From Eledone cirrhosa (taxonomy: Eukaryota), in NCBI GenBank assembly GCA_964016885.1, contig OZ024747.1, forward strand, positions 7,936,001 to 8,000,000: a stretch of 64,000 nucleotides of DNA. The letters run 5' to 3'. The position numbers and the translations under genes were made by a program. This document shows, one piece after another, positions 41,210-54,659 of this stretch (position 1 is the stretch's first letter; each line of letters starts with the position of its first letter). The notes beneath the pieces are model-generated. The model was not told the DNA's origin, made no database searches, and worked only from the letters and a program-made list of their open reading frames with translations.

Positions 41210-41845
41210 TGTATAAATATGTCTGTGTTTGAGTTTATACCTAATAACCTAGTGTTTGATACAAAAAGAAAAATCAATAAAATATGTACCAGCCTTGAAA
41301 ATAATAAGTACTTGGATCAATATGATCAAATAAAGCAAGGCAGTGCCCCAGCATGGCCACAGTGTAATGACTGAAACTAGTAAAAGAATATAAGAATGAA
41401 CAAATACTTTACAGCCTGCTGCCTCTGAGTATTAAAGCTTGATAAATGGTAAACAGTATTACTGATGGACGTGGGAATTAGCACTCAATACCAAAGTAGA
41501 GTGGTGAGCCTTGTTGCTTTGGAGTTTCACCTGTTCACTCACAAGAACATCACACACACACATACACACACACACACACACACATGCACACACACACACA
41601 CGCACACATATAAAATGAATGTGTGTGTTTGGTTAACAAGTTCAGTTATGAAACACATGGAACCTTGTCTTCTACTACAGCCTCAGATTGGCATGACCAA
41701 TGCAGAGAGAGTGAAATTCGATAAGTAGAAACTGTGTGAAAACCCATTGCGTGCGTCTCTCTCTATATATATAGAGAGTTATGTGTGAATATATAATATA
41801 TATATAAATATATATATAAAATATATATAAGGGGTGTATATATAT

Positions 41846-42144
41846 CAGACCGGCTGATCTTAAGACCGGGTGATGTGTTGTTTCCTTGAGCAAGACACTT
41901 TATTTTACATTGCTCCAGTTTACTCAGCTGTAGAAATGAGATGATAGGGGACTGGGGTCCATATCATTCCACTGCAAAGTGGTCGTGGAGGTGCCACGGT
42001 AAAAAAGTACCCAGCACTCACTGTAAATGAGGTTGGTGTTAGGAAGGGCATCCAGCTGTAGAAATCTAGTCAAAATCAGTTCCCGTCCCACCCTTGCAAG
42101 CAGGGAAAAGTGGACGTAAAATGAAATGATGATGATGATGATGA

Positions 42145-42147
<3 letters not shown>
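41846..42147 (+). mobile_element. SINE family B, 5'-truncated
   Basis: Matches 15825-16203. Confidence 0.85.
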
Positions 42148-42206
<59 letters not shown>

Positions 42207-42295
42207 ATATATATATGTATTAGGTATAACTTTATCATATACTTCAGCAATTTGGCACACAACTTTCTCTTTCTCTCTCTATATATACATATGTG

Positions 42296-42327
<32 letters not shown>

Positions 42328-42432
42328 AACACACACACATATATATTGTTACTTCCGCAACAAATTGCGTTTCACCCAACAGACTCTCAACTCTAGACTG
42401 AACTCATCCTATGGACTGTGTATATATATATA

Positions 42433-42472
<40 letters not shown>

Positions 42473-42494
42473 TATATATATATACACATATATG

Positions 42495-42528
<34 letters not shown>

Positions 42529-42551
42529 TATGTATGTATATATATATATAT

Positions 42552-42592
<41 letters not shown>

Positions 42593-42594
42593 TG

Positions 42595-42625
<31 letters not shown>

Positions 42626-42626
42626 G

Positions 42627-42685
<59 letters not shown>

Positions 42686-42720
42686 ATATATATATATATA
42701 TACATATATGTGTATATATA

Positions 42721-42796
<76 letters not shown>

Positions 42797-42834
42797 CACA
42801 TATATGTATATATATATATGTATATATATATATG

Positions 42835-42947
<113 letters not shown>

Positions 42948-43192
42948 AAGAAATTGGTAACATCAAACTTGACAAAAAGAAAACAATAAATCAACACTGG
43001 TGTCGATGTAATTAACTTAAATTCGTTAAAGGTAGTGCTGCAGCATGGCCACGGCCAAAGGACTGAGACTGGTAAAAAAATAAAAGAATAAAAAAAAGTT
43101 AGAATCGATAGGAAGATATGTAACGACATAAAACTTGGGACAAGGCAGGGCAGCATTGAAATGATGGGTGAGAACTGCTGAAAACTATATAT

Positions 43193-43366
43193 GTGACCAA
43201 AGATTACTATGGTTCGTTGATTACTCAATGAATACAATTTTACAATAGATTAGAAGCACTCAACAGTTAATTTTCCTGGAGTTTTTAATATTATTCAAAA
43301 TATTAACAAATGAAAAATATTCTCATAATCAAAATATTTTTCATTTGTTCACATTTTGAATAATAT
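43193..43366 (-). mobile_element. Foldback element, short copy of the 53929-54370 family
   Basis: Reverse complement of 54230-54370, plus a short inverted arm ending at the same tattattcaaaa boundary. Confidence 0.75.
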
Positions 43367-43376
43367 ATATATATAG

Positions 43377-43702
43377 AGGCACGTGGCTTAGTTAGAGCAT
43401 TGGCCTTGCAATCGTAAGGTTGTGAGTTCAATTCTCAGACCGGGTGATGTGTTGTTTCCTTGAGCAAGACACTTTATTTCACATTGCTCCTGTTTACTCA
43501 GCTGTAGAAATGAGATGATAGGGACTGGGGTCCCTATCATTCCACTGTAAAGTGGTCGTGGAGGTGCCACGGCAAAAAAGCACCCAGCACTCACTGTAAA
43601 TGAGGTTGGTGTTAGGAAGGGCATCCAGCTGTAGAAATCAAGTCAGAATCAGTTCCCGTCCCACCCTTGCAAGCAGGGAAAAGCGGACGTAAAATGAAAA
43701 TG
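43377..43702 (+). mobile_element. SINE family B, full length
   Basis: tRNA-like head, CORE-like domain and RTE-type tail. Confidence 0.88.
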
Positions 43703-43704
43703 AA

Positions 43705-43738
<34 letters not shown>

Positions 43739-43871
43739 TGCATGGCTGTGTGGTCAAGGAGTTTGCTCAACAACCATGTGATTCTGGGTTCGGTCATGCT
43801 GCATGTCACATTTAGCGTTGGGTAGAATGTCTTGGGAGAGGAAATTGGTAGACAGAAACTGCAGAAGCCTG

Positions 43872-43953
<82 letters not shown>

Positions 43954-44794
43954 CTGTGGTTCTCCAGTAACTTGGATTGACAAAATATGTACTTGACTTG
44001 AAAAAAAAAATGTTCTAAGTCAAAGCTGTGCCCCAGCATGGCCACAATCTAATGACTGCAACCAGTAAAAAAGTAATAGATTATATGTATATACACATAT
44101 ATGTATATATGTATATATGTATGTGTGTATATATATATATATATTTATATATGTGTGGTGAGTTTACAAAAACTATAAAACATTCAAACATTAACTGAAC
44201 AAGTACTCAATAAATGTATGTAGAGCATAGATTTTTTTTGTAGAGTGTAAATACTTTTTTTGTATAGGAAAGTGACAGTGACTTCGAAGTTTCAGTTTGA
44301 ACGTTTCATACATCATATATAGCTTTACATGCCTTAAAGCAGGATAAAAGGAAAAGAAAAACCAAAAACAACAATAACAATAAAGAAAAAAAAAAAAAGA
44401 AAAAAAAAGCAAACTAAAAAAGGACAGGTGAAATTTCTTCAGATAATGAAACAATAAAAATGATGTTCAAAAACTTAAGGCACTTCTTTCACCAATTGTT
44501 ATTGTTTTAATTTGTTTGTTAATAAGTTTTATTGTTGAATATAATACTTATAGTAATATCAGTCCTTAGATCTGTGGCCAGCCCTGGGCCACAACTTCAT
44601 TTAATGTTTTGTTTTTGTTATTTTTTTCTCACTCATTATTTTTGTAATTCTAAGAGTTTATGTTTTAAAAAAAGTATTTAAAATTTTCAATACATACCTT
44701 CAGAATATATATTTTCTACACACTTTTACTTTGAAATAACTTCAGTGTACATTTTCAGAGAGCCTTTCTGTATATACATACATACAAACATACT

Positions 44795-44841
<47 letters not shown>

Positions 44842-44943
44842 CTCTTTTACTAGTTTTTAGTCCTTAAAAAATATACATACATACATATAAATATATATGT
44901 GTGTGTGTATATATATATATGTGTGTATATATATATATGTATA

Positions 44944-44986
<43 letters not shown>

Positions 44987-45274
44987 CTTCAGTGATGTTT
45001 GTTGTAGTAAAGTGGTAAAGTAGTGTAAGACAAAAAACAGCTTCCCGGAAAAGCAGTATGTGATGTGTAATCCATGTCTTGAAGTGAGTCTGCTCTAACT
45101 ACTGCTGCAGCATGATATTATATTGATAGATATATCTCAAATGTGAGGAAGTGCATCCCTTGATAAACATCTACGCTCTACCTATCTACCTACCTACCAG
45201 TCTTTCTCTCTCTCTCTCCCTCTCTCTCTGTCTATATATATATGTTTATATATATATATATATATGTGTGTGTG

Positions 45275-45322
<48 letters not shown>

Positions 45323-45530
45323 TTGAAATATATATATATATGTATGTGTGTGTGTAGGTATGTATATGTATGTAAGTAAGTATGTTTTGAAATATATATA
45401 TGTGTATGTGTGTGTGTATATATATGCATATTTATATATATATATGTAAGTATGTATGTGTGTATATATATATATTTGATATATGTATATATACACACAC
45501 ATAGACACACATATATGTACATGTATATGC

Positions 45531-45591
<61 letters not shown>

Positions 45592-45949
45592 TATATATAT
45601 ATGCATATACATGTACATATATGTGTGTGTGTCTATGTGTGTGTATATATATATATATATATATCAAATATATATATATATATACACACATACATACATA
45701 CATACATACATACACATATATATATAAATATGCATATATATACACACACACATACACATATATATATTTCAAAACATACTTACTTACATACATATACATA
45801 CCTACACACACACACACACATATATATGTACAACCATGTGTTTTCGATGTGTCTGTGTGTCTGCGAGCACACACACACACATGTGCCTCTGTGTGTTTGA
45901 GTATGTGTGTCTCTGAGCACACGCACACACATGCCTCTTTGTGTGTGTG

Positions 45950-48900
45950 TGTGTCAGCCACTCTGAGCTAGTGTGTATATGCCTGCCGTGTGTGTGTGTG
46001 TGTGTACGTGTCAGCCTCTCTGAGCTAGTGTGTGTATGTCTGCCGTGTGTATGTGTGTGTATGTCACCCTCTCTGAGTTAGTGTGTATATGCCTGCCGTG
46101 TGTGTGTGTACGTGTCAGCCTCTCTGAGCTAGTGTGTATATGCCTGCCGTGTGTATGTGTGTGTATGTCAGCCTCTCTGAGCTAGTGTGTATATGTCTGC
46201 CGTGTGTATGTGTGTATGTCAGCCTCTCTGAGCTAGTGTGTATATGTCTGCCGTGTGTGTGGGTGTATATGTCAGCCTCTCTGAGCTAGTGTGTATGTGT
46301 GTGTATGTCAGCCTCTCTGAGCTAGTGTGTATGTGTGTGTATGTCAGCCTCTCTGCGCTAGTGTGTATATGCCTGCCGTGTGTATGTGTGTGTATGTCAC
46401 CCTCTCTGAGTTAGTGTGTATATGTCTGCCGTGTGTATGTGTGTGTATGTCAGCCTCTCTGAGCTAGTGTGTATATGCCTGCCGTGTGTATGTGTGTGTA
46501 TGTCACCCTCTCTGAGCTAGTGTGTATATGTCTGCCGTGTGTATGTGTGTGTATGTCAGCCTCTCTGAGCTAGTGTGTATGTGTGTGTATGTCAGCCTCT
46601 CTGAGCTAGTGTGTATGTGTGTGTATGTCAGCCTCTCTGAGTTAGTGTGTATGTGTGTGTATGTCAGCCTCTCTGAGCTAGTGTGTATATGCCTGCCGTG
46701 TGTATGTGTGTGTATGTCAGCCTCTCTGAGCTAGTGTGTATATGCCTGCCGTGTGTATGTGTGTGTATGTCACCCTCTCTGAGTTAGTGTGTATGTGTGT
46801 GCCGTGTGTGTGGGTGTATATGTCAGCCTCTCTGAGCTAGTGTGTATGTGTGTGTATGTCAGCCTCTCTGAGCTAGTGTGTATATGTCTGCCGTGTGTAT
46901 GTGTGTGTATGTCAGCCTCTCTGAGTTAGTGTGTATGTGTGTGTATGTCAGCCTCTCTGAGCTAGTGTGTATATGCCTGCCGTGTGTATGTGTGTGTATG
47001 TCAGCCTCTCTGAGTTAGTGTGTATGTGTGTGTATGTCAGCCTCTCTGAGCTAGTGTGTATATGCCTGCCGTGTGTATGTGTGTGTATGTCAGCCTCTCT
47101 GAGCTAGTGTGTATATGCCTGCCGTGTGTATGTGTGTGTATGTCACCCTCTCTGAGTTAGTGTGTATGTGTGTGCCGTGTGTGTGGGTGTATATGTCAGC
47201 CTCTCTGAGTTAGTGTGTATGTGTGTGTATGTCAGCCTCTCTGAGCTAGTGTGTATATGTCTGCCGTGTGTATGTGTGTGTATGTCAGCCTCTCTGAGTT
47301 AGTGTGTATATGCCTGCCGTGTGTATGTGTGTGTATGTCAGCCTCTCTGAGCTAGTGTGTATATGTCTGCCGTGTGTATGTGTGTGTATGTCAGCCTCTC
47401 TGAGCTAGTGTGTATGTGTGTGTATGTCAGCCTCTCTGAGCTAGTGTGTATATGCCTGCCGTGTGTATGTGTGTGTATGTCACCCTCTCTGAGTTAGTGT
47501 GTATATGTCTGTGTGTGTATGTGTGTGTATGTCAGCCTCTCTGAGCTAGTGTGTATATGCCTGCCGTGTGTATGTGTGTGTATGTCACCCTCTCTGAGCT
47601 AGTGTGTATATGCCTGCCGTGTGTATGTGTGTGTATGTCAGCCTCTCTGAGCTAGTGTGTATATGCCTGCCGTGTGTATGTGTGTGTATGTCACCCTCTC
47701 TGAGTTAGTGTGTATATGTCTGTGTGTGTATGTGTGTGTATGTCAGCCTCTCTGAGCTAGTGTGTATGTGTGTGTATGTCAGCCTCTCTGAGTTAGTGTG
47801 TATATGTCTGCCGTGTGTATGTGTGTGTATGTCAGCCTCTCTGAGCTAGTGTGTATGTGTGTGTATGTCACCCTCTCTGAGTTAGTGTGTATATGTCTGT
47901 GTGTGTATGTGTGTGTATGTCACCCTCTCTGAGCTAGTGTGTATATGTCTGCCGTGTGTATGTGTGTGTATGTCAGCCTCTCTGAGCTAGTGTGTATGTG
48001 TGTGTATGTCAGCCTCTCTGAGCTAGTGTGTATGTGTGTGTATGTCAGCCTCTCTGAGTTAGTGTGTATGTGTGTGTATGTCAGCCTCTCTGAGCTAGTG
48101 TGTATATGCCTGCCGTGTGTATGTGTGTGTATGTCAGCCTCTCTGAGCTAGTGTGTATATGCCTGCCGTGTGTATGTGTGTGTATGTCACCCTCTCTGAG
48201 TTAGTGTGTATGTGTGTGCCGTGTGTGTGGGTGTATATGTCAGCCTCTCTGAGCTAGTGTGTATGTGTGTGTATGTCAGCCTCTCTGAGCTAGTGTGTAT
48301 ATGTCTGCCGTGTGTATGTGTGTGTATGTCAGCCTCTCTGAGTTAGTGTGTATGTGTGTGTATGTCAGCCTCTCTGAGCTAGTGTGTATATGCCTGCCGT
48401 GTGTATGTGTGTGTATGTCAGCCTCTCTGAGTTAGTGTGTATGTGTGTGTATGTCAGCCTCTCTGAGCTAGTGTGTATATGCCTGCCGTGTGTATGTGTG
48501 TGTATGTCAGCCTCTCTGAGCTAGTGTGTATATGCCTGCCGTGTGTATGTGTGTGTATGTCACCCTCTCTGAGTTAGTGTGTATGTGTGTGCCGTGTGTG
48601 TGGGTGTATATGTCAGCCTCTCTGAGTTAGTGTGTATGTGTGTGTATGTCAGCCTCTCTGAGCTAGTGTGTATATGTCTGCCGTGTGTATGTGTGTGTAT
48701 GTCAGCCTCTCTGAGTTAGTGTGTATATGCCTGCCGTGTGTATGTGTGTGTATGTCAGCCTCTCTGAGCTAGTGTGTATATGTCTGCCGTGTGTATGTGT
48801 GTGTATGTCAGCCTCTCTGAGCTAGTGTGTATGTGTGTGTATGTCAGCCTCTCTGAGCTAGTGTGTATATGCCTGCCGTGTGTATGTGTGTGTATGTCAC

Positions 48901-49380
48901 CCTCTCTGAGTTAGTGTGTATATGTCTGTGTGTGTATGTGTGTGTATGTCAGCCTCTCTGAGCTAGTGTGTATATGCCTGCCGTGTGTATGTGTGTGTAT
49001 GTCACCCTCTCTGAGCTAGTGTGTATATGCCTGCCGTGTGTATGTGTGTGTATGTCAGCCTCTCTGAGCTAGTGTGTATATGCCTGCCGTGTGTATGTGT
49101 GTGTATGTCACCCTCTCTGAGTTAGTGTGTATATGTCTGTGTGTGTATGTGTGTGTATGTCAGCCTCTCTGAGCTAGTGTGTATGTGTGTGTATGTCAGC
49201 CTCTCTGAGTTAGTGTGTATATGTCTGCCGTGTGTATGTGTGTGTATGTCAGCCTCTCTGAGCTAGTGTGTATGTGTGTGTATGTCACCCTCTCTGAGTT
49301 AGTGTGTATATGTCTGTGTGTGTATGTGTGTGTATGTCACCCTCTCTGAGCTAGTGTGTATGTGTCTGTGTGTGTGTCAG
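45950..49380. repeat. Compound minisatellite (36/53-bp variants) with a 1417-bp higher-order duplication
   Basis: Core gtcagcctctctgagctagtgtgtat. Identical ORFs at 46522 and 47939 mark the 1417-bp period. Confidence 0.92.
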
Positions 49381-50395
49381 GCCTGCCTGCTTGTCACCTA
49401 TGCATGTCCACACTATCAGCTGAATCACCCAATGTGTGTATGTGTGTCTATGTATATATGTGTCTGCATGCATGTGTATGTGTATGTATCTGTGTGTGTG
49501 TGTATGTGTGTCTATGTATATATGTGTCTGCATGCATGTGTATGTGTATGTATTTGTGTGTGTGTGTATGTGTGTCTATGTATATATGTGTCTGCAGCAT
49601 GCATGTGTATGTATCTGTGTGTGTGTATGTATATGTGTGTGTGTGTATGCGTGTCCGTGCATGTGTTTTTTTTATGTCCATGTGTATGCATATATGTATG
49701 TGTGTATATGTATATATGTGTCTGCATGCATGTGTATGCATCTGTGTGTGTATATCTGTGTGTGCATGTCTCTGTATGTATGTATCTGTGTGTGTGTGTC
49801 CATTGTGTGTCCGTGAATGTTAGATTTTTTTTGTGTCCATGTGTATGTGTGTCTATGTGTATGTGTGTCTATGTGTATGTGTGTCTATGTGTATGTGTGT
49901 CTATGTGCATATGTCTGTGTATATGTGTGTGTGTGCATGTCATGTTAATTTGTGTCCATGTGTATTCATATGTGTATGTGTGTGTGTGTATGTATGTATG
50001 TTTGTGTATAAGTGTGTGCATGTGTGTATATGTGTGTGTATATGTGTGTGTATGTGTATGTATGTGTGTATGTGTGTGCATGTGTGTGTATGTGTGTGTA
50101 TGTGTGTGTGTATGTGTATGTGTGTGTGTATGTGTGTGTGTGCATGTGTGTATGTGTGTATGTGTGTGTGTGTGTATGTGTGTGTATGTGTGTGTATGTG
50201 TGTGTGTATGTGTGTATGTGTGTGTGTATGTGTGTGTGTATGTATATATGTGTGTGTGTGTGTATGTGTGTGTGTATGTATATATGTGTGTGTGTGTATG
50301 TGTGTGTGTATGTATATATGTGTGTATGTGTGTGTATGTGTGTGTATGTGTGTATGTGTGTGTGTGTATGTATATGTGTGTGTATGTATGTGTGT

Positions 50396-50436
<41 letters not shown>

Positions 50437-50691
50437 GGAGAGAGTGAGAGAGGGACAAAAGAAGGAGAATATTTTTCCAGCCAGAGTTTGGTCAGCAAAG
50501 AATCAGAGAAATCTTTTTAGTTCTTTTAGTAAAGCAATTCAATATCTACATACTTCCATAAATACACACACACTTACACACACACACACTTGCACACACA
50601 CACTTGCACACACACACACACATAAATACACTCACACACACTTTATATATATAGATAGATGTAAATATATATATAAATATATATATTTGCC

Positions 50692-51368
50692 GTGAACAGC
50701 AAAGCATAAATGAACTAAGGGAGAAATTAGGAATAAGAGGGATCAGATGTTGTTTACTCGAGAGAAGACTACGTTGGTATGGTCACGTGATGCGCATGAA
50801 AGACGACAGCTGTATAAAAAAATGCAGGGCGATGAAAATAGACGGTAGCCACGGAGTAGGCAGACCCAGAAAAACCTGGGACGACTTGATAAATTCCGAC
50901 CTCACACACTTACACCTTTCTAAGACAATGTCACTGGACCGAGATCTTTGGCGCTACGCAGTAATACAGAAGACCCGCCTTGCCTGAGTACAAAGCGAAA
51001 CCTACAGTCAGTAGGCACCTCTAACAAAATACACCCCGTCCCACTACCCCCACCCCATCCACACCACGCCCCTTAAATGTGAAGTTAAGTTGGTACCACA
51101 ACATCCAGTCCAAAACAAATGAGGTCGTGTAGGTGTCACGACAAAAAAACACACAGTCCACGCTGTAATGTGGCCGTGTAGGTAACACGGTAAAAACCTC
51201 CCAGTCCACACTGCAAACGTGGTTGGTGTTAGGAAGCGCATCCAGCCATAGAAAACCCGCCAGACAGTCCTATACGAGCAGGACAACAAATCTTGCCTCA
51301 AGTGGGAAAACTCCTGTCCAAACCCATGTAAGCGTGGAAGATGGTCGTTAAACGATGATGATGATGAT
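50692..51368 (+). mobile_element. RTE LINE 3' fragment with 3' UTR
   Basis: High identity to 19130-19900. Translates RRLRWYGHVMRMKDDSCIKKC...GRPRKTW. Confidence 0.9.
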
Positions 51369-51598
51369 ATATGTAAGTATATATAAACAAATAAATATAT
51401 ATCATCATCATTTTACGTCCCCTTTTCCCTGCTTGCAAGGGTGTATGTAAGTGTATATATATATAAGTATACATATATATATAAGTATATATTTATATAT
51501 ATAAGTATATATATATATATGTAAGTATATTTATATATGTAAGCATATATATATGTATATATATATGTAAGTATATATATATATATATATATATGTAA

Positions 51599-51646
<48 letters not shown>

Positions 51647-51681
51647 ATGTATATATATATATATATGTATATATATATTCA

Positions 51682-51731
<50 letters not shown>

Positions 51732-52319
51732 CATATATATGCAAAAAAAGTAAATGGAAACAAAACAACAAAGCAAAGAATACAGTACAATAAAGAAATA
51801 TATTAGTTTAATGCTTAATATAGTATGTAAATGTATATGTATGTATGTATGAGTGGACCCATAACTCTTGATGGAGTCATAGGGTCGCTGTCGTGATATA
51901 TGGCACATTAAACCTGGCAGAAAGCATCCCTTCACAAGATCTTGACATAATCGATTTCTTCAAGGGAAGAAAAGGCAAAGGGAAAAAGAAGTGGGAAAGA
52001 AGTATTGAGGAAAAAAATCCAGTACAAGAAAGAGAAAGTTGACCTCAATGAATGGCCGGAATTTCACCTGCAGAGGCTATCAACTATATGGAATTGTAGA
52101 CCCTTCTATAAAAACATTTGGGTAAAAAAATAAAAAATAATTTCACATGGTTATTATTTTTGCTATTAATGTTAATATATATATATATATGCAAGCATGG
52201 AATATGGACGTTAAACGATAATGATGATGATGATGATGATGATGATATATATTCTTTTACTCTTTTACCTGTTTCAGCCATCCGGATGAGGCCATGCTGG
52301 GGCACCGCCCTTGTATATA

Positions 52320-52350
<31 letters not shown>

Positions 52351-52354
52351 GTAC

Positions 52355-52409
<55 letters not shown>

Positions 52410-52411
<2 letters not shown>

Positions 52412-52730
52412 TAGTTAGAGCATTGGCCTTGCAATCGAAAGGTTGTGAGTTCAATTCTCAGACCGGGTGATGTGTTGTGTCCTTGAGCAAGACACTTTAT
52501 TTCACATTGCTCCAGTTTACTCAGCTGTAGAAATGAGATGATAGGGACTTGGGTCCCTATCATTCCACTGCAAAGTGGTCGTGGAGGTGCCACGGCAAAA
52601 AAGCACCCAGCCCACACTGTAAATGAGGTTGGTGTTAGGAAGGGCATCAGCTGTAGAAATCAAGCCAGAATCAGTTCCCGTCCCCCCCCTTGCAAGCAGG
52701 AAAAAGCGGATGTAAAATGATGATGATGAT
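52410..52730 (+). mobile_element. SINE family B
   Basis: Matches 43377-43702. Confidence 0.87.
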
Positions 52731-52734
52731 AAAT

Positions 52735-52820
<86 letters not shown>

Positions 52821-52823
<3 letters not shown>

Positions 52824-52904
52824 ATATAGAAAAGGCTTCTACAGGACTAGAATTGTTTCATTTGGGAGAAATCATTAGGAAGCCTGATGATTTCTCCTGA
52901 ATGA

Positions 52905-52908
<4 letters not shown>
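52821..52908 (-). ncRNA. Degenerate hammerhead ribozyme motif with inverted partial copy
   Basis: Minus strand: GGCTTC-CTAATGA-tttctcccaaat-GAAACA..TGTA-GAAGCC. The inverted plus half has intact CTGATGA (52884-52890) and GAAAC (52903-52907). Relatives at about 20848-20897 and 38545-38600. Confidence 0.55.
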
Positions 52909-52939
<31 letters not shown>

Positions 52940-52995
52940 AAGATGGCGTAGGATAGAACAAAGGAGAGGCACAAAAACAAAGAAAAGAATCCCCA

Positions 52996-53038
52996 GTCAC
53001 TGAAGAGGTCACAGAATGTGTGACGAAAGAACTTTGAC
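52996..53038 (+). ncRNA. Candidate type-I hammerhead ribozyme
   Basis: GTCA-CTGAAGA-G-GTCACA-gaatg-TGTGAC-GAAA-gaactt-TGAC: stem I 4 bp, stem II 6 bp, minimal or degenerate stem III. Confidence 0.55.
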
Positions 53039-53241
53039 AATATATAAACAATCATCTGGTTGTGGAACCAACCAACCAACCGGAAATTTATAAATTCCTA
53101 AGTTTATAAATTTATTATAATAAATTGAAGTGAAAGCAACTGGTGCGTGTGTTTCTTATTGGCAACATGACCATCCCAAAGTATAACAATATATATATAT
53201 ATATATATAAGCAGGGAAAAGCGGACGTAAAATGATGATGA

Positions 53242-53294
<53 letters not shown>

Positions 53295-53749
53295 TCTTAA
53301 TGTCAATGCTGGACGATCATCAGTGTTGTATTTTAGGACTGCGATCAATGAACTCGGGGTTGTAATCAGGCTTAATCACTCCATGTCAGTTGCACGTATT
53401 TACATAAAATCTGGTGTTATTTAGATTAGTACTCAATGGAGCATTGGCTTGTTATTAAATATGAAGACACAGTTTTACTTTTCGATACAACAATTTATTA
53501 AATAATAACTGTGATGTACAACTGAGCTGTGACCAAATTTTGGACAATCAATAACATGTGTTCTACAGTCTGCATATCACCAATTTTGTGAAATATGTTA
53601 TTATGACATCTTACACATACATAGTTATAATCTCTGATGCCTCTGAAATGTACATAATGGTCTTTATTTAATAAATTTAAGTATAGAACAATAGAAGTAT
53701 TTCTTCCTATTTATTAACACACACACAGATTATATATATATATATATAT

Positions 53750-53799
<50 letters not shown>

Positions 53800-53928
53800 A
53801 CATATATACACACATATATGTGTACACACTTATATATATATATATATATAATAAAAAGTTACAGTATCGTATATATATATATATATATATATATACATAC
53901 ACACATGCATTCATATATACATATATAT

Positions 53929-54367
53929 ATATTATTCAAAATATTAACAAATGAAAGATATTCACATAATCAAAATATATGCTTTATTATATATATTTTA
54001 AAGGTACTGTGTTGTTTTTTTTCAGTACGTCCTCATCAGATAAAATATATGATTTGATATATGACATACCGCTACGGTCTTGATTATACAATTCCAGTAT
54101 TGGCAGAATTGTATAATCAAGACCATAGCGGTATGTCATATATCAAACCATATATTTTATCTGATGAGGATGTACTGGAAAAAAAAACAACACAGTACCT
54201 TTGAAATCTATATAATAAAGCATATATTTTGATTATGTGAACATCTTTCATTTGTTAATATTTTGAATAATATTAAAAACTCCAGGAAAACTTTTTCTGT
54301 TGAGTGCTTCTAATCTATTGTAAAATTGTATTCATTGAGTAATCAATGAACCATATTAATCTTTGGT

Positions 54368-54370
<3 letters not shown>
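53929..54370 (+). mobile_element. Foldback element with paired hammerheads (Penelope-like terminus)
   Basis: Inverted arms of about 165 bp (53929-54094 / 54106-54273), a tail of about 97 bp, and (TA)n on both flanks. Confidence 0.8.
54155..54220 (+). ncRNA. Type-I hammerhead ribozyme (minimal stem III)
   Basis: TTTTAT-CTGATGA-G..GTACTG...CAGTAC..T-GAAA-TCTATA-TA-ATAAAG. Predicted cleavage after 54214. Confidence 0.75.
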
Positions 54371-54437
<67 letters not shown>

Positions 54438-54455
54438 CATAGACATATACAAATA

Positions 54456-54518
<63 letters not shown>

Positions 54519-54536
54519 CATAGACATATACAAATA

Positions 54537-54578
<42 letters not shown>

Positions 54579-54659
54579 AAAGAATTCAATAACATCTGTG
54601 CCAAACTTCATTATTTCACTAAAGATGAATGGTATTTTCAAGAACTTCTTCCTTAACTG

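Noticed and set aside
53291-53330. Minus-strand CTGATGA followed by a weak hairpin
   Set aside because: Runs into (TC)n before any GAAA, which is insufficient to call.
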